Shown: piece by piece, positions 1 through 9,489 of the stretch | Numbering within the stretch: position 1 is the stretch's first letter | Layout of the letters: every line of letters begins with the position of its first letter | IMG/VR virus record: IMGVR_UViG_3300018492_000150 | Coordinates: 32,001 to 96,000 of that record | DNA from: a virus | Taxonomy: Duplodnaviria > Caudoviricetes | DNA: 64,000 bases | Direction: 5' to 3' (one strand) | Notes under the pieces: generated by a model | Seen by the model: only the letters and a program-made list of their open reading frames with translations | Databases searched by the model: none | Told to the model about the DNA's origin: nothing | Made by a program: the position numbers and the translations under genes

Positions 1-2
1 TG

Positions 3-554
3 ATCATTGAGACTTGTGTATTCACAGAGAAAATCAAAAATAGAGAACAATTCAGACAGGCTGTTATTGATACTCTTGATAACTCCAAAGCTTTAGATAT
101 TGATACTAAAGGTATGGCTAGGCTTGGAGTTATCATGAATATCAAAGAAGAAAGTGCTGACTTTATTGATTATGCTGATATAGTGATCGATAGATTTGGT
201 CAGCCATATGAAAAATTTGAGCATATTCAGAATGAAGTAAACAGTATGCCAGAGTTTATCTCGTTCATTGCGTCAGGTATGCAGATGCCTACAGATGAAG
301 TCGAGGCTATCTATAAGAATTACGAAGCTACCGTTAATCGTGTCAACAAGAACAATGACCCGTTCTTCAGTACAATTCATGAGAAACAGATCGATGCTTC
401 CGATAAGAAATTTGATTTGAAAGACAAACAAAAATCAACTGTAAGTAAAGCTGATTTCTTTAAGAATATGCAAAGCCCAAAAGAAGCAGGCTTTAAAAAT
501 ACCAAAACAAAAATGGTATCAGTTCCAGATGGAGCTAATAGTGAATACGAATAA
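3..554 (+). CDS. 5'-truncated gene; probable tubulin/FtsZ-family (PhuZ/TubZ-like) C-terminal domain and tail
   Basis: The frame is open from the window edge (IIETCVFTEK...), so the true start is outside the window. The pattern RLGVIMNI...FGQPYEKFEHIQ...FIASGMQMP followed by a helix and a charged tail resembles the C-terminal domain of phage/plasmid tubulins. The GTPase signature is not in the window. Confidence 0.45.
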   Translation: MIETCVFTEKIKNREQFRQAVIDTLDNSKALDIDTKGMARLGVIMNIKEESADFIDYADIVIDRFGQPYEKFEHIQNEVNSMPEFISFIASGMQMPTDEVEAIYKNYEATVNRVNKNNDPFFSTIHEKQIDASDKKFDLKDKQKSTVSKADFFKNMQSPKEAGFKNTKTKMVSVPDGANSEYE

Positions 555-568
555 AATGAGGTGATCAA

Positions 569-1453
569 ATGTATATCAAACCAGCAGAAGATACTGGATC
601 AGTAACAATAGACTTTTCAGCCAATGTGCTACTAACAAATGATATGCTTGCAGATAAGATCAAATCATTAGATAATCTTAGCGATCAGGATATTTATATC
701 CTGGTCCGTGATTATTATGATACTATTCTTACGGATATCTTTGAGTCTAAAGATAATAATAAGAAGAGTGACTTTATTGATTTATTTATGCAACCTAAAT
801 TTATTATAGCATTGACTCAGGTAATGTATAATATTCCGCCAGAAAATATCACATCTCAAACAAAACGTCGATTGAATAAGATGTCATTTGACTATCTTAT
901 GATTGATGAAAACGATAGAGATAAATATATCAGTGGGTTGCTGATGGCATTATCTAAAACAGTCAATAGGGATAAGATACCAAGATTATGTACTATTCCT
1001 CTTCCCGAGGATATGGCATCTCTTCTAGCATTAGCTAGATATTCATCTGAAAAAGAAGTTTTAAATGTAAAGAGACTTAATAAAGTTCTTATGAGCCAGC
1101 CATTAACTTCTTTATCGGAACAAAAAATTGTCGATATATATTTGGCGTTATTTGAGCATGTACTTCCACTGTTTACTGGAGTATTACTTGACGTAGTATC
1201 TCCGCAAAATATGAATTCAAACTCAAGTGAAATTTATGGTTTGATCACATTAGCAATGCTTGATATTATGAATGAGCTTCCAATAGCCGACATCAAGACA
1301 GGATTAGTGAGATTTGAAGAGACCAGACAAATATGGTACCCTGACAGTCCATTAAGATTGAATCTTGAGAGCTGTTCAGAAGAAGATTACCCGAGAGTAT
1401 TATGTGCAATTGATCAGTTGAAAACTGAAGGAGTTTATATAACGACAAAATAA
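569..1453 (+). CDS. hypothetical alpha-helical protein
   Basis: 294-aa ORF with GAGGTG SD, followed by a terminator. Confidence 0.8.
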   Translation: MYIKPAEDTGSVTIDFSANVLLTNDMLADKIKSLDNLSDQDIYILVRDYYDTILTDIFESKDNNKKSDFIDLFMQPKFIIALTQVMYNIPPENITSQTKRRLNKMSFDYLMIDENDRDKYISGLLMALSKTVNRDKIPRLCTIPLPEDMASLLALARYSSEKEVLNVKRLNKVLMSQPLTSLSEQKIVDIYLALFEHVLPLFTGVLLDVVSPQNMNSNSSEIYGLITLAMLDIMNELPIADIKTGLVRFEETRQIWYPDSPLRLNLESCSEEDYPRVLCAIDQLKTEGVYITTK

Positions 1454-1457
1454 ATAT

Positions 1458-1492
1458 AACCAGGTGCAGTTTATGCACCTGGTTTATTTTTT
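1458..1492 (+). terminator. intrinsic terminator
   Basis: AACCAGGTGCA-gttta-TGCACCTGGTT stem followed by a T-run. Confidence 0.8.
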
Positions 1493-1542
1493 CCTAATTA
1501 TATGGTTTTAGGTACAATCAGGTTATTTTTTATTATAGTAAA

Positions 1543-1554
1543 AACTATATAGTA
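1543..1554 (+). promoter_or_regulatory. variant phage promoter AACT-N6-TA upstream of recA
   Basis: aactatatagta just before the SD; same spacing as the AACA-N6-TA class. Confidence 0.5.
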
Positions 1555-1578
1555 AAATTTATTAAGGAGGTTTTTGTT

Positions 1579-2814
1579 ATGGGTTTAGTGGAAAGTCTAT
1601 TTAGAACCAAAATGAAAGCAATTAAAGACCCAAGAATGAGTAAAGAAAGTGAGCCAGATTTTGCATATCCGACAGGATTTCTTACATTTGATTTTATGAA
1701 TGGAACAGTTGTTCATGTCAAGAAAGATGATATGAAATTTACATATAATTCCATTGGTATTGTAGACGGTTCAATGGTTACAGTTATCGGTAGATCTAGT
1801 AGTGGTAAAACTACTTGGTGTGTACAGACTGCTGGAAATATCATTAGACCATTTAAATCTTCATGTATTTGGATGGATAGTGTTGAAGGTGGTATTGTTG
1901 ATACCAGAGCACAGGCATTGTTGAATATGTATGGAGAAGATTTCAAAGAAAGATGGATTCCTAGAAATACAGGTGTTACTGCAGAGAACTTCTATGAACG
2001 TATCAGATACGTTCATGATTTAAAAATGGAAGTTGCAGATCAGATTACATATGATACAGGTGCATATACTGCTAACGGTGAAAAAATTTATAAGATGGAA
2101 CCGTCCGTATATATTCTTGATAGTTTGGCTATGCTTACACCAGATAAATATACAGAGGAAGAAGAATTATCTGGACAGATGTCAGTTACAGCTGCAGCTA
2201 AGGTTAATACTACGGTATTTAAACGTATTATTCCAATGCTTAAATCTGCAAATATCATCTTATTTGTAGTAAACCATATTACAGAAAATGTAGATATCTC
2301 ACCATTTTCTAAGAGTCAAGGGCAGTTATCATATCTTAAACCTGGAGAAAGATTAGGTGGAGGTAGAGCTGCTATTTATGTAACAAACTTACTGGTTAGA
2401 CTTGATGACCATTCGAAGATGAAATCTGACGAGGGGTTAGGCATTGATGGTTCTCTTGTAGACTTTACATTGTTGAAATCAAGAACTTCAGCTGTAGGTC
2501 AAAAGACAACATTAGTATTTAATTACAGTGGAGGCTTTGATGCTGAGTTATCATTATACTACTTCTTGAAGACTAAGAAGTTGGTTAATGGCGCAGGTAT
2601 TGGATTGTATCTGGGAGATAGAAATGATTTGAAATTCTCTCAGAAGAATCTTAAAACTAAACTTAGAGAAAACGAAGAGTTTAGAAAAGTATTCATATCA
2701 TATTGCTTACAGGCACTTCAGGAACTTATCTATGATCCTGGGGTTGATGAATCTCAAGAAAATACATTTGATCTTACATCACAGATCTTGTCACAGATTC
2801 AAATGGCTGCTTAG
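1579..2814 (+). CDS. uvsX: RecA/UvsX-like recombinase
   Basis: YPTGF motif, Walker A GRSSSGKTT, Walker B-like YILDSLAML, ILFVVNHI, GGRA loop. Confidence 0.9.
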   Translation: MGLVESLFRTKMKAIKDPRMSKESEPDFAYPTGFLTFDFMNGTVVHVKKDDMKFTYNSIGIVDGSMVTVIGRSSSGKTTWCVQTAGNIIRPFKSSCIWMDSVEGGIVDTRAQALLNMYGEDFKERWIPRNTGVTAENFYERIRYVHDLKMEVADQITYDTGAYTANGEKIYKMEPSVYILDSLAMLTPDKYTEEEELSGQMSVTAAAKVNTTVFKRIIPMLKSANIILFVVNHITENVDISPFSKSQGQLSYLKPGERLGGGRAAIYVTNLLVRLDDHSKMKSDEGLGIDGSLVDFTLLKSRTSAVGQKTTLVFNYSGGFDAELSLYYFLKTKKLVNGAGIGLYLGDRNDLKFSQKNLKTKLRENEEFRKVFISYCLQALQELIYDPGVDESQENTFDLTSQILSQIQMAA

Positions 2815-2817
2815 TGA

Positions 2818-2833
2818 TATATTATATATTTGA
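2818..2833 (+). promoter_or_regulatory. early-like promoter TATATTAT-N5-TGA
   Basis: One of 8 copies of YATATTAT-N5-YGA ahead of SD sites; resembles the phiKZ early TATATTAC motif. Confidence 0.6.
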
Positions 2834-2849
2834 AGGAGGTATAGTGTAT

Positions 2850-3032
2850 ATGCCTGATAAAAATATATACTGCGATATGGCTACATATATAGAAGAGGAG
2901 TATATTTGTTGGTACACGGGTCGTCCGTGTACCATCTCTCCTATTCCTAATAAGTATCTATGCCATACATATGACAGTAATGTACAGAAACATAATAAAC
3001 ACAGAGAGGAGAAAAACGTCAATGGAAAGTAA
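2850..3032 (+). CDS. small Cys-rich protein
   Basis: GGAGG SD before ATG 2850; 60 aa with four Cys; overlaps the start of RNAP beta-C. Confidence 0.65.
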   Translation: MPDKNIYCDMATYIEEEYICWYTGRPCTISPIPNKYLCHTYDSNVQKHNKHREEKNVNGK

Positions 3033-5235
3033 TTTCAGTCAAGACATTAAACAGAATGCGGAGAGATTAAACAGCAAAGAAGAAATTTTAGGAAAAGGGT
3101 TATGTCAACCGTTTGTCGACTGTAATTCTGGATCAAGAAAACTTATGTTTTCTATTCATATGGAACAATCATTACCTCTTGTTCATCCAGAAGTCCCATT
3201 TGTAATGACTGGTTATGAACAAGAATATGGAGATAGATCTTCATCTATTATTAAAGCTGATACTGATTATGAAGTTGTGGCAAAGGTATCTAAGTTTGCT
3301 GATGCTCCACAGCACCATTATTTCTTAATCTTAAGAAATATCCATAACAATAAACTCAATTTTATTGAGAGAAAAGAATATACTCATTCAACAGAGACGT
3401 ATGGATATGCTTATGACAATACCGTTCTTGATAATTTGGATATTTCGTACGAAGTTCCAAAAGATGAATTATTGAGAAAATCAACAGCATTTGACCAGAG
3501 TATGAATCCAATGGATAGTGTAAACTTACTTGGAACTTATGTGGCTACTGATGTAACTATGGAAGACAGTATCTGGTTATCAGAATCTGCAAGACAAAAG
3601 TTAACGTCAAGATTATATAAGAGAGTAACAGTAAATATCAATGATAATGATATCCTTCTTAATCTTATGGGAGATGATGATCATTATAAGAGTTTTCCTA
3701 TGATCGGTGAATCTATTAAAAATGGCATTTTATGTGCAGTAAGACGAGAGAAGATTGAAGATTCTTTATTCACTCAGTCAGTAAGTATGCTTCAGAATAT
3801 TCTTATGTCTGATGATAAATACACTCCAGGTGAAAATGGAATAGTTATTGATATGGATATTCATTGTAATAATCCTGAGATTTTAAAAGAGAAGTACTCT
3901 AATTCTCAGGTTCTATATTGTTATAATGACCATATTAGGTTTATAACTGAGTTTGTTAGCACTATTGACAGACTTAAGAAACAATATAATCTTATCGACA
4001 CTGATTTAGACTATCATTTAGGTAAGATGTATTACAACTTTAAAAGAGAATTGGATGGAGTTCAGTTTAGAAATCAGAAAGTCTATAGCGGTATTGTTAT
4101 CGACTTTATTGTAAAAGAATTGAATATTCCATCTACAGGAGATAAATTGGCAAATAGATATGGAGGAAAAGGTGTTATCGCTAAAGTACTTCCAGATGAT
4201 CAGATGCCAAGATTGACTCTTACAGATGAACCTATTGAGATCCTTATCAATAGTTCAACTTGTATTAACCGTGAGAATATTGGACAGTGGCATGAAATGT
4301 CACTCACTCATGTCGGTAAATGTATTACTGACTTAATTAAATTAGGATACTTTGATACAAATGAAGCGTTTCAGGAAATTATTAAATTCTTGGGATTCTG
4401 TGCACCTAAGGAAGCTCAAGATATGGTACAATATATCAATGCGTTATCTAGTGAAGAAAGAGATATTTTCTTACAGTCTATTGTAGATAGTGGAAATATT
4501 GTATTATCTATTCAACCTATGACAGAATCAATGAGTCTTGATATGCTTGCAGAGTTATACAAAGCATTTGATTATGTAACTCAGAGAAGAATAATGATGC
4601 CATTAGAATCATCTACTGGACAGATTAGATTTGTACCAGCAAGAAGACCTGGAGTTGTTGGTCATATTGCAATGTACAGATTACAGCAGTATGCTGAAGA
4701 GAAACATTCAGTTACTTCATTATCTTCTACTAACCTTAGAAATGAGAATAGTAGAAATAAAGCTAATAAGTATTATAAGTCTACACATCAAGCTACTCCT
4801 GTAAACTTTGGAGATATGGAATGTGGAGACCTTGGTCATATTGGATTTGAAAATGTAATCACAATGCTGATGATTCATTCAGTATCACCACATGCAAGAC
4901 GACTTGTAGAGAACATGTTTATTGATGATCCGTATTTGGTAGATATTAAACTTGATGAAAATTCAAGTAATCGTAGTGCAGAAATATTAAACACATATCT
5001 CAAGTCTATCGGGTATAAACTCGAGTTTGAAAAGGTTAGAAAGAAAACAACTAAACCGTTTACTAGAAAACCATTCACTATTACAAGAGATACAAGTATA
5101 AAACCATTTATACAAGTAGATAAACAGATTATCCAGAATATGGAAGATTATCTTAACTGGATGGCTGCTTGTGAGGCTGCTGCTAGAAAGAAACCTTTCA
5201 AGTATAGACCATTCACCTACAGAGATGATAAATAG
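3022..5235 (+). CDS. DNA-directed RNA polymerase beta subunit, C-terminal half (probably non-virion RNAP)
   Basis: PFVDCNSGSRKLMFS, MEDSIWLSE, GDKLANRYGGKGVI, INSSTCINRENIGQ and FGDME match beta conserved regions; start corrected to 3022 (GAGGAG SD); under an early-like promoter. Confidence 0.92.
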   Translation: MESNFSQDIKQNAERLNSKEEILGKGLCQPFVDCNSGSRKLMFSIHMEQSLPLVHPEVPFVMTGYEQEYGDRSSSIIKADTDYEVVAKVSKFADAPQHHYFLILRNIHNNKLNFIERKEYTHSTETYGYAYDNTVLDNLDISYEVPKDELLRKSTAFDQSMNPMDSVNLLGTYVATDVTMEDSIWLSESARQKLTSRLYKRVTVNINDNDILLNLMGDDDHYKSFPMIGESIKNGILCAVRREKIEDSLFTQSVSMLQNILMSDDKYTPGENGIVIDMDIHCNNPEILKEKYSNSQVLYCYNDHIRFITEFVSTIDRLKKQYNLIDTDLDYHLGKMYYNFKRELDGVQFRNQKVYSGIVIDFIVKELNIPSTGDKLANRYGGKGVIAKVLPDDQMPRLTLTDEPIEILINSSTCINRENIGQWHEMSLTHVGKCITDLIKLGYFDTNEAFQEIIKFLGFCAPKEAQDMVQYINALSSEERDIFLQSIVDSGNIVLSIQPMTESMSLDMLAELYKAFDYVTQRRIMMPLESSTGQIRFVPARRPGVVGHIAMYRLQQYAEEKHSVTSLSSTNLRNENSRNKANKYYKSTHQATPVNFGDMECGDLGHIGFENVITMLMIHSVSPHARRLVENMFIDDPYLVDIKLDENSSNRSAEILNTYLKSIGYKLEFEKVRKKTTKPFTRKPFTITRDTSIKPFIQVDKQIIQNMEDYLNWMAACEAAARKKPFKYRPFTYRDDK

Positions 5236-5246
5236 GAGGTAACGTT

Positions 5247-5546
5247 ATGAAAATATTTATTAGTCAACCCATGAGAGGAAAAACAGAACAGCAAATTTTA
5301 GATGAAAGAATGAAAGCTGTAGATAAAGTATCTAAGATTTTTAATGATGAAGAAGTTATTATAGCAGAGTCATACCAAAAAGATCTTCATAAAAATGCAA
5401 ATCCGTTATACTGTCTCTCTAAATCATTGGAATTAATGAGCAAGTGCGATTTGGTTGTATTTGTAGAAGGATACCAGAATGCACGTGGATGTAAAATTGA
5501 GCATGAATGTGCTAAAGAGTACGGATATAATATATTATATCTTTGA
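5247..5546 (+). CDS. DUF4406 / nucleoside deoxyribosyltransferase-like protein
   Basis: KIFISQPMRG...CDLVVFVEGYQNARGCKIEHECAKEYG. Confidence 0.75.
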   Translation: MKIFISQPMRGKTEQQILDERMKAVDKVSKIFNDEEVIIAESYQKDLHKNANPLYCLSKSLELMSKCDLVVFVEGYQNARGCKIEHECAKEYGYNILYL

Positions 5547-5605
5547 TAATAATACAGGTAGGATAGCAAAATATCCTACCTGTAAAAATTCGAAGGAGGT
5601 TTAAA

Positions 5606-8041
5606 ATGATATCTTTAAAAGAGATACTACAGCAATTAAAGTCTGGTAATTTTTCAGCAGCTTATGATAATATAGAATTCATAAATGAAAGAGCTATGGA
5701 AATATTGAATTATCCAGACGATTCTATCAAGAATACAAGTTCATTATTAGATGATTTAACCAATCTTATTTATATTGGTAATATTACGTATAACTATAGC
5801 GATTCTGATGTATTGCCGATAGATGATGGCATATATGATCTATTGATTGCCCAGTTGCAGCGTATAGATTATAATCGTTGTCCTGTAGGAGCGATACCTA
5901 TCGATACTATCAATGTGAATGATAAGTATTCTCCAAAACTTGATTCTGATGAACCTATTAAACCGTTCACAAGAATGACTACTGAGGATATGATTAAATT
6001 GGAAGAAAGTTTCTATCCATCTATCCTCAATATGAACAAAGCATTTGACCCAAGAGCTAATATGGAGAAGCCTTTTATACGATTAGGTGTAAAAGATTCT
6101 TATATAAGTAAAAGGGTTAGAACCGTTTCTCATAATTATCCTAATCTTGTGGGTACTCTTGAGAAGTGCAAGTTTGTTTTAGATAAACAGGCTATTGATT
6201 TAGGGGTATTTGAAGATTCGAATGTCACTGTATTAGAAAGAGACTTCTTTGTTCCATTATTGAACAGAGGTTTGATTGATTATAATACTCCAATTCAAAT
6301 GATTGGTACTCTTAAGTATGATGGAGTATCTATAGAGGCAGATGTAAATACAGAGATTATATCTGCAAGAACAAGAGGAGATACTGATTTAAACGAAGCT
6401 AGTGATTTAACGCCTATCTTCGAAGGTTATAAGTTCCCTAATGCTAGAGAATTATCTGAACCTATCGGTATGAAATTTGAAGCTATTGTACTATATGATG
6501 ATTTAAAGAAACTTAATGAGTTATATGGTACGAATTATATCAATGGAAGAACAGCTATCATTGGATTATTAGGATCATCTGATGCTAGAGCTTTAAGAGA
6601 TTTTATAACTCTAGTTCCATTACAATGTGATTTTGGCCCAGATGTTGTTAAACCTGATAGGGTTACAGAAATACAATTTCTAAATAAATATTATGCAAAC
6701 AGAGAGTATTTGAGATGGGTTGTTATTGAGGATACCTATACCAATTTATTATTCAGAATTAAAAAGTACGTGGAAGAGGCAGAGTATTTTAGAGCATGGT
6801 CTAGATTCATGTATGATGGCGTGGTGCTTGAATTTACAGATCCATATCTTGTAAATACTTTAGGAAGAAAGAACTCTATCAACCAATATGCCATGGCAGT
6901 TAAGTTTAATCCATTAAAAAGAATAACTACCTTTACCGGATTCACTTATACTGTAGGACAGAACGGAGCAATAACTCCAATGATTCATTACACTCCAATA
7001 GAATTTCTTGGTTCTATTCATACTAAGTCTACAGGATCATCATATGAAAGATTTAGAGATCTAAATCTATTCATTGGTGATAAGATTGAAGTGACTTATG
7101 TAAATGATGTGATGCCGTATGTCAATAAACTTGATATAGATGCAAATACTCAAAATCATTTACGAGAACCAAATCCAGAAGAAATGTTTCCAACTCATTG
7201 TCCTTGTTGCGGAACAGAACTTGTAGAATCAGCTAGGGGTAAAACAATGTATTGTCCCAATATGAATTGTGAAGAGAGACAAAATCAGAGACTTACTAAT
7301 ATGCTTAGTAAGTTAGGAGTTAAGAATTTCTCTCAAGCAGTAATAGAAACATTAGGGTTATATACTTTGAAAGATTTCATGAATTGTTCTACAGATGATT
7401 TAGCGGTACTTGGACCTACAAATAAAGTTAAGTTCTACGAAGAGCTTCATAAATTAAGAACAAATCCGTTACCTGATTATATGGTAATTGGAGCTCTTGG
7501 GTTTACTAATATTGCTTCTAAGAAATGGAAGTTGATATTCAGTAATATTAGTCTAGAGAGATTATATATGTCATATATTCAGGAAAATGCTAATCCTGAT
7601 ATGTTTACGATTATGTCTACTTCTGGAGTTGTATATAACTCTTTAGAAGATTTTATATCAAATATAAAAGGAGTAGGGCCTATCACTGCAAAAACTATAT
7701 GTGAAGAGTTCGACTTCTTTATAAAAGATATAGATTATATAATATCTAATAGATTATATAGAGAAACTCCTATAGGTAATTCTGAAGAAAAATACCAGAT
7801 TAGATTCACAGGATTCAGAGATAAACAGTTAGCTGAAGTTCTTAACAAATTTCCATTCATTGATTGTGATGGAGATGCAGGAATTACAAAGAAGACAACA
7901 ATACTATTAGTACCGTTCAAGGGTCATACTTCTACTAAAGTAACTAAAGCTTTAAAGTATGGAGTTAAAGTAGTAGATGTAAAAGAATTTCTAGAACATC
8001 CTGGTTTATATATACCAGAGATGGACGATGTAGAAATTTAA
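5606..8041 (+). CDS. ligA: NAD-dependent DNA ligase
   Basis: Domain Ia (YNY...IDDGIYDLL), KYDG adenylation motif, TRGD, DGVV, AVKF, VGQNGAITP, Cys4 zinc finger, HhH (IKGVGP), C-terminal BRCT. Confidence 0.93.
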   Translation: MISLKEILQQLKSGNFSAAYDNIEFINERAMEILNYPDDSIKNTSSLLDDLTNLIYIGNITYNYSDSDVLPIDDGIYDLLIAQLQRIDYNRCPVGAIPIDTINVNDKYSPKLDSDEPIKPFTRMTTEDMIKLEESFYPSILNMNKAFDPRANMEKPFIRLGVKDSYISKRVRTVSHNYPNLVGTLEKCKFVLDKQAIDLGVFEDSNVTVLERDFFVPLLNRGLIDYNTPIQMIGTLKYDGVSIEADVNTEIISARTRGDTDLNEASDLTPIFEGYKFPNARELSEPIGMKFEAIVLYDDLKKLNELYGTNYINGRTAIIGLLGSSDARALRDFITLVPLQCDFGPDVVKPDRVTEIQFLNKYYANREYLRWVVIEDTYTNLLFRIKKYVEEAEYFRAWSRFMYDGVVLEFTDPYLVNTLGRKNSINQYAMAVKFNPLKRITTFTGFTYTVGQNGAITPMIHYTPIEFLGSIHTKSTGSSYERFRDLNLFIGDKIEVTYVNDVMPYVNKLDIDANTQNHLREPNPEEMFPTHCPCCGTELVESARGKTMYCPNMNCEERQNQRLTNMLSKLGVKNFSQAVIETLGLYTLKDFMNCSTDDLAVLGPTNKVKFYEELHKLRTNPLPDYMVIGALGFTNIASKKWKLIFSNISLERLYMSYIQENANPDMFTIMSTSGVVYNSLEDFISNIKGVGPITAKTICEEFDFFIKDIDYIISNRLYRETPIGNSEEKYQIRFTGFRDKQLAEVLNKFPFIDCDGDAGITKKTTILLVPFKGHTSTKVTKALKYGVKVVDVKEFLEHPGLYIPEMDDVEI

Positions 8042-8066
8042 AAAAGTGTAAACCATATCATAATAG

Positions 8067-8082
8067 TATATTATATACTTGA
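8067..8082 (+). promoter_or_regulatory. early-like promoter TATATTAT-N5-TGA
   Basis: tatattatatacttga upstream of the 8113-11531 gene block that includes RNAP beta-N. Confidence 0.6.
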
Positions 8083-8112
8083 TATACACTATGGTATATT
8101 ACAAAATAAAAT

Positions 8113-8753
8113 ATTTTATTTCAAGGAGGACCATGATCATGGCAAACGTAACAAAATTAGAACAGAGCACAGTACCACAGAACTACAGCACATTATGTGC
8201 ATCAATCGGATGGGAGTTAACTCCAGACGATACATTATTCTGGTTTAAATCAGCATTCGCAGGAATCACTGATGCACTGAATATTCTGAAAAACAAAACA
8301 AATCCGGTAGCGATCCTTATTCAGGATCTCAAAGGAAACAAAGTAGTTTATGCATGTGTACAGTACATTCCATCTGAAGATGCAAGCGAAGCATCTGCAG
8401 GTAACTGGACATACTTCTGGAGCTGGGATTGTGATGACATTGCAGAAGATACTGTAATTTATACAATCGATCAGGAACAGATTCAGAAGATTATCAGCAA
8501 CAGAGCATATGATCTGTATAAGATTTCAATGACATCTCTGTCATTTGTAAGTCAGCTTACAGTATACATGTTTAACGTTCTTTATGACGCTCTTGATCAG
8601 CAAGCTGTTGAAGAAGGCGGCTCTTGGACAATTGAACTTGATGGATTCTTTGAAGCATCAGTTGAAGTTGTTGAAGGTAAGAAAGAATTCTCACTTCTTC
8701 CAAAGGGAGAAATGAAAACGTTGATTAAAGATGACGCAGGTAGCGAAAAATAA
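8113..8753 (+). CDS. hypothetical acidic protein
   Basis: AGGAGG SD before ATG 8113/8119; terminator at about 8768-8803. Confidence 0.8.
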
Positions 8754-8820
8754 TCAACAATAGTAAAAAGCAGAAGGGGTAAATCCTCTTCTGCTTTAAT
8801 TTTTTAGGAGGTTACACAAA

Positions 8821-9474
8821 ATGGTTGACAAACGTGAGATACTTATAAATGGAAGACTATATGAAGTTGCGGATATTGAGCACTATGTTAAACATCAGGA
8901 TGCTTATCTTAATGGGTATACGGCAGTAGATATTGGACAGGATATGATATATCCAGTCATCCCCTCAACAAGTATGGATGCTGGTATTGTAATTAGAAGA
9001 AATGCCCCGTTTAATTATGTAAGAAGACCAGATGAGAACAATGCAGCTCAGTATAACAGATCTAATATGATCGATTATAGAGATGCTGCTAATTATAAAG
9101 AGTTTGCTGAAAAGCAGAATATGGTAAGAGAACTGGAGAAAGATATCCTTACATCTCCAGATAATATCTATGTTCCACCAGAAGATCCAGATGATAGCCC
9201 AGCAATGAAAGCCCTTAAGCAAGCTGTAATTGCGAAGCATATTGATCTGGATAAATATGAACCTAGATTCGGTTCAAACTATAATAATGATAAAAGGATT
9301 TTCAATAAGCCTAATATATCATTACCGATGATCGTTAGAATTGCAAATGCTTTAGATATTAAAGCATCGTTGACATTAGAAGATCAGACAACAGATTCAG
9401 GCGATACTGTTCCTAATCCTATGGGGAATATCATTACAGTAGAATTGACATCAAAGCAGAATTTCGATGAATAA
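8821..9474 (+). CDS. hypothetical protein with possible C-terminal Xre-type HTH
   Basis: GGAGG SD; NISLPMIVRIANALDI resembles the end of a Cro/Xre helix-turn-helix. Confidence 0.6.
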   Translation: MVDKREILINGRLYEVADIEHYVKHQDAYLNGYTAVDIGQDMIYPVIPSTSMDAGIVIRRNAPFNYVRRPDENNAAQYNRSNMIDYRDAANYKEFAEKQNMVRELEKDILTSPDNIYVPPEDPDDSPAMKALKQAVIAKHIDLDKYEPRFGSNYNNDKRIFNKPNISLPMIVRIANALDIKASLTLEDQTTDSGDTVPNPMGNIITVELTSKQNFDE

Positions 9475-9489
9475 GGGAGAGGTTTAAAT

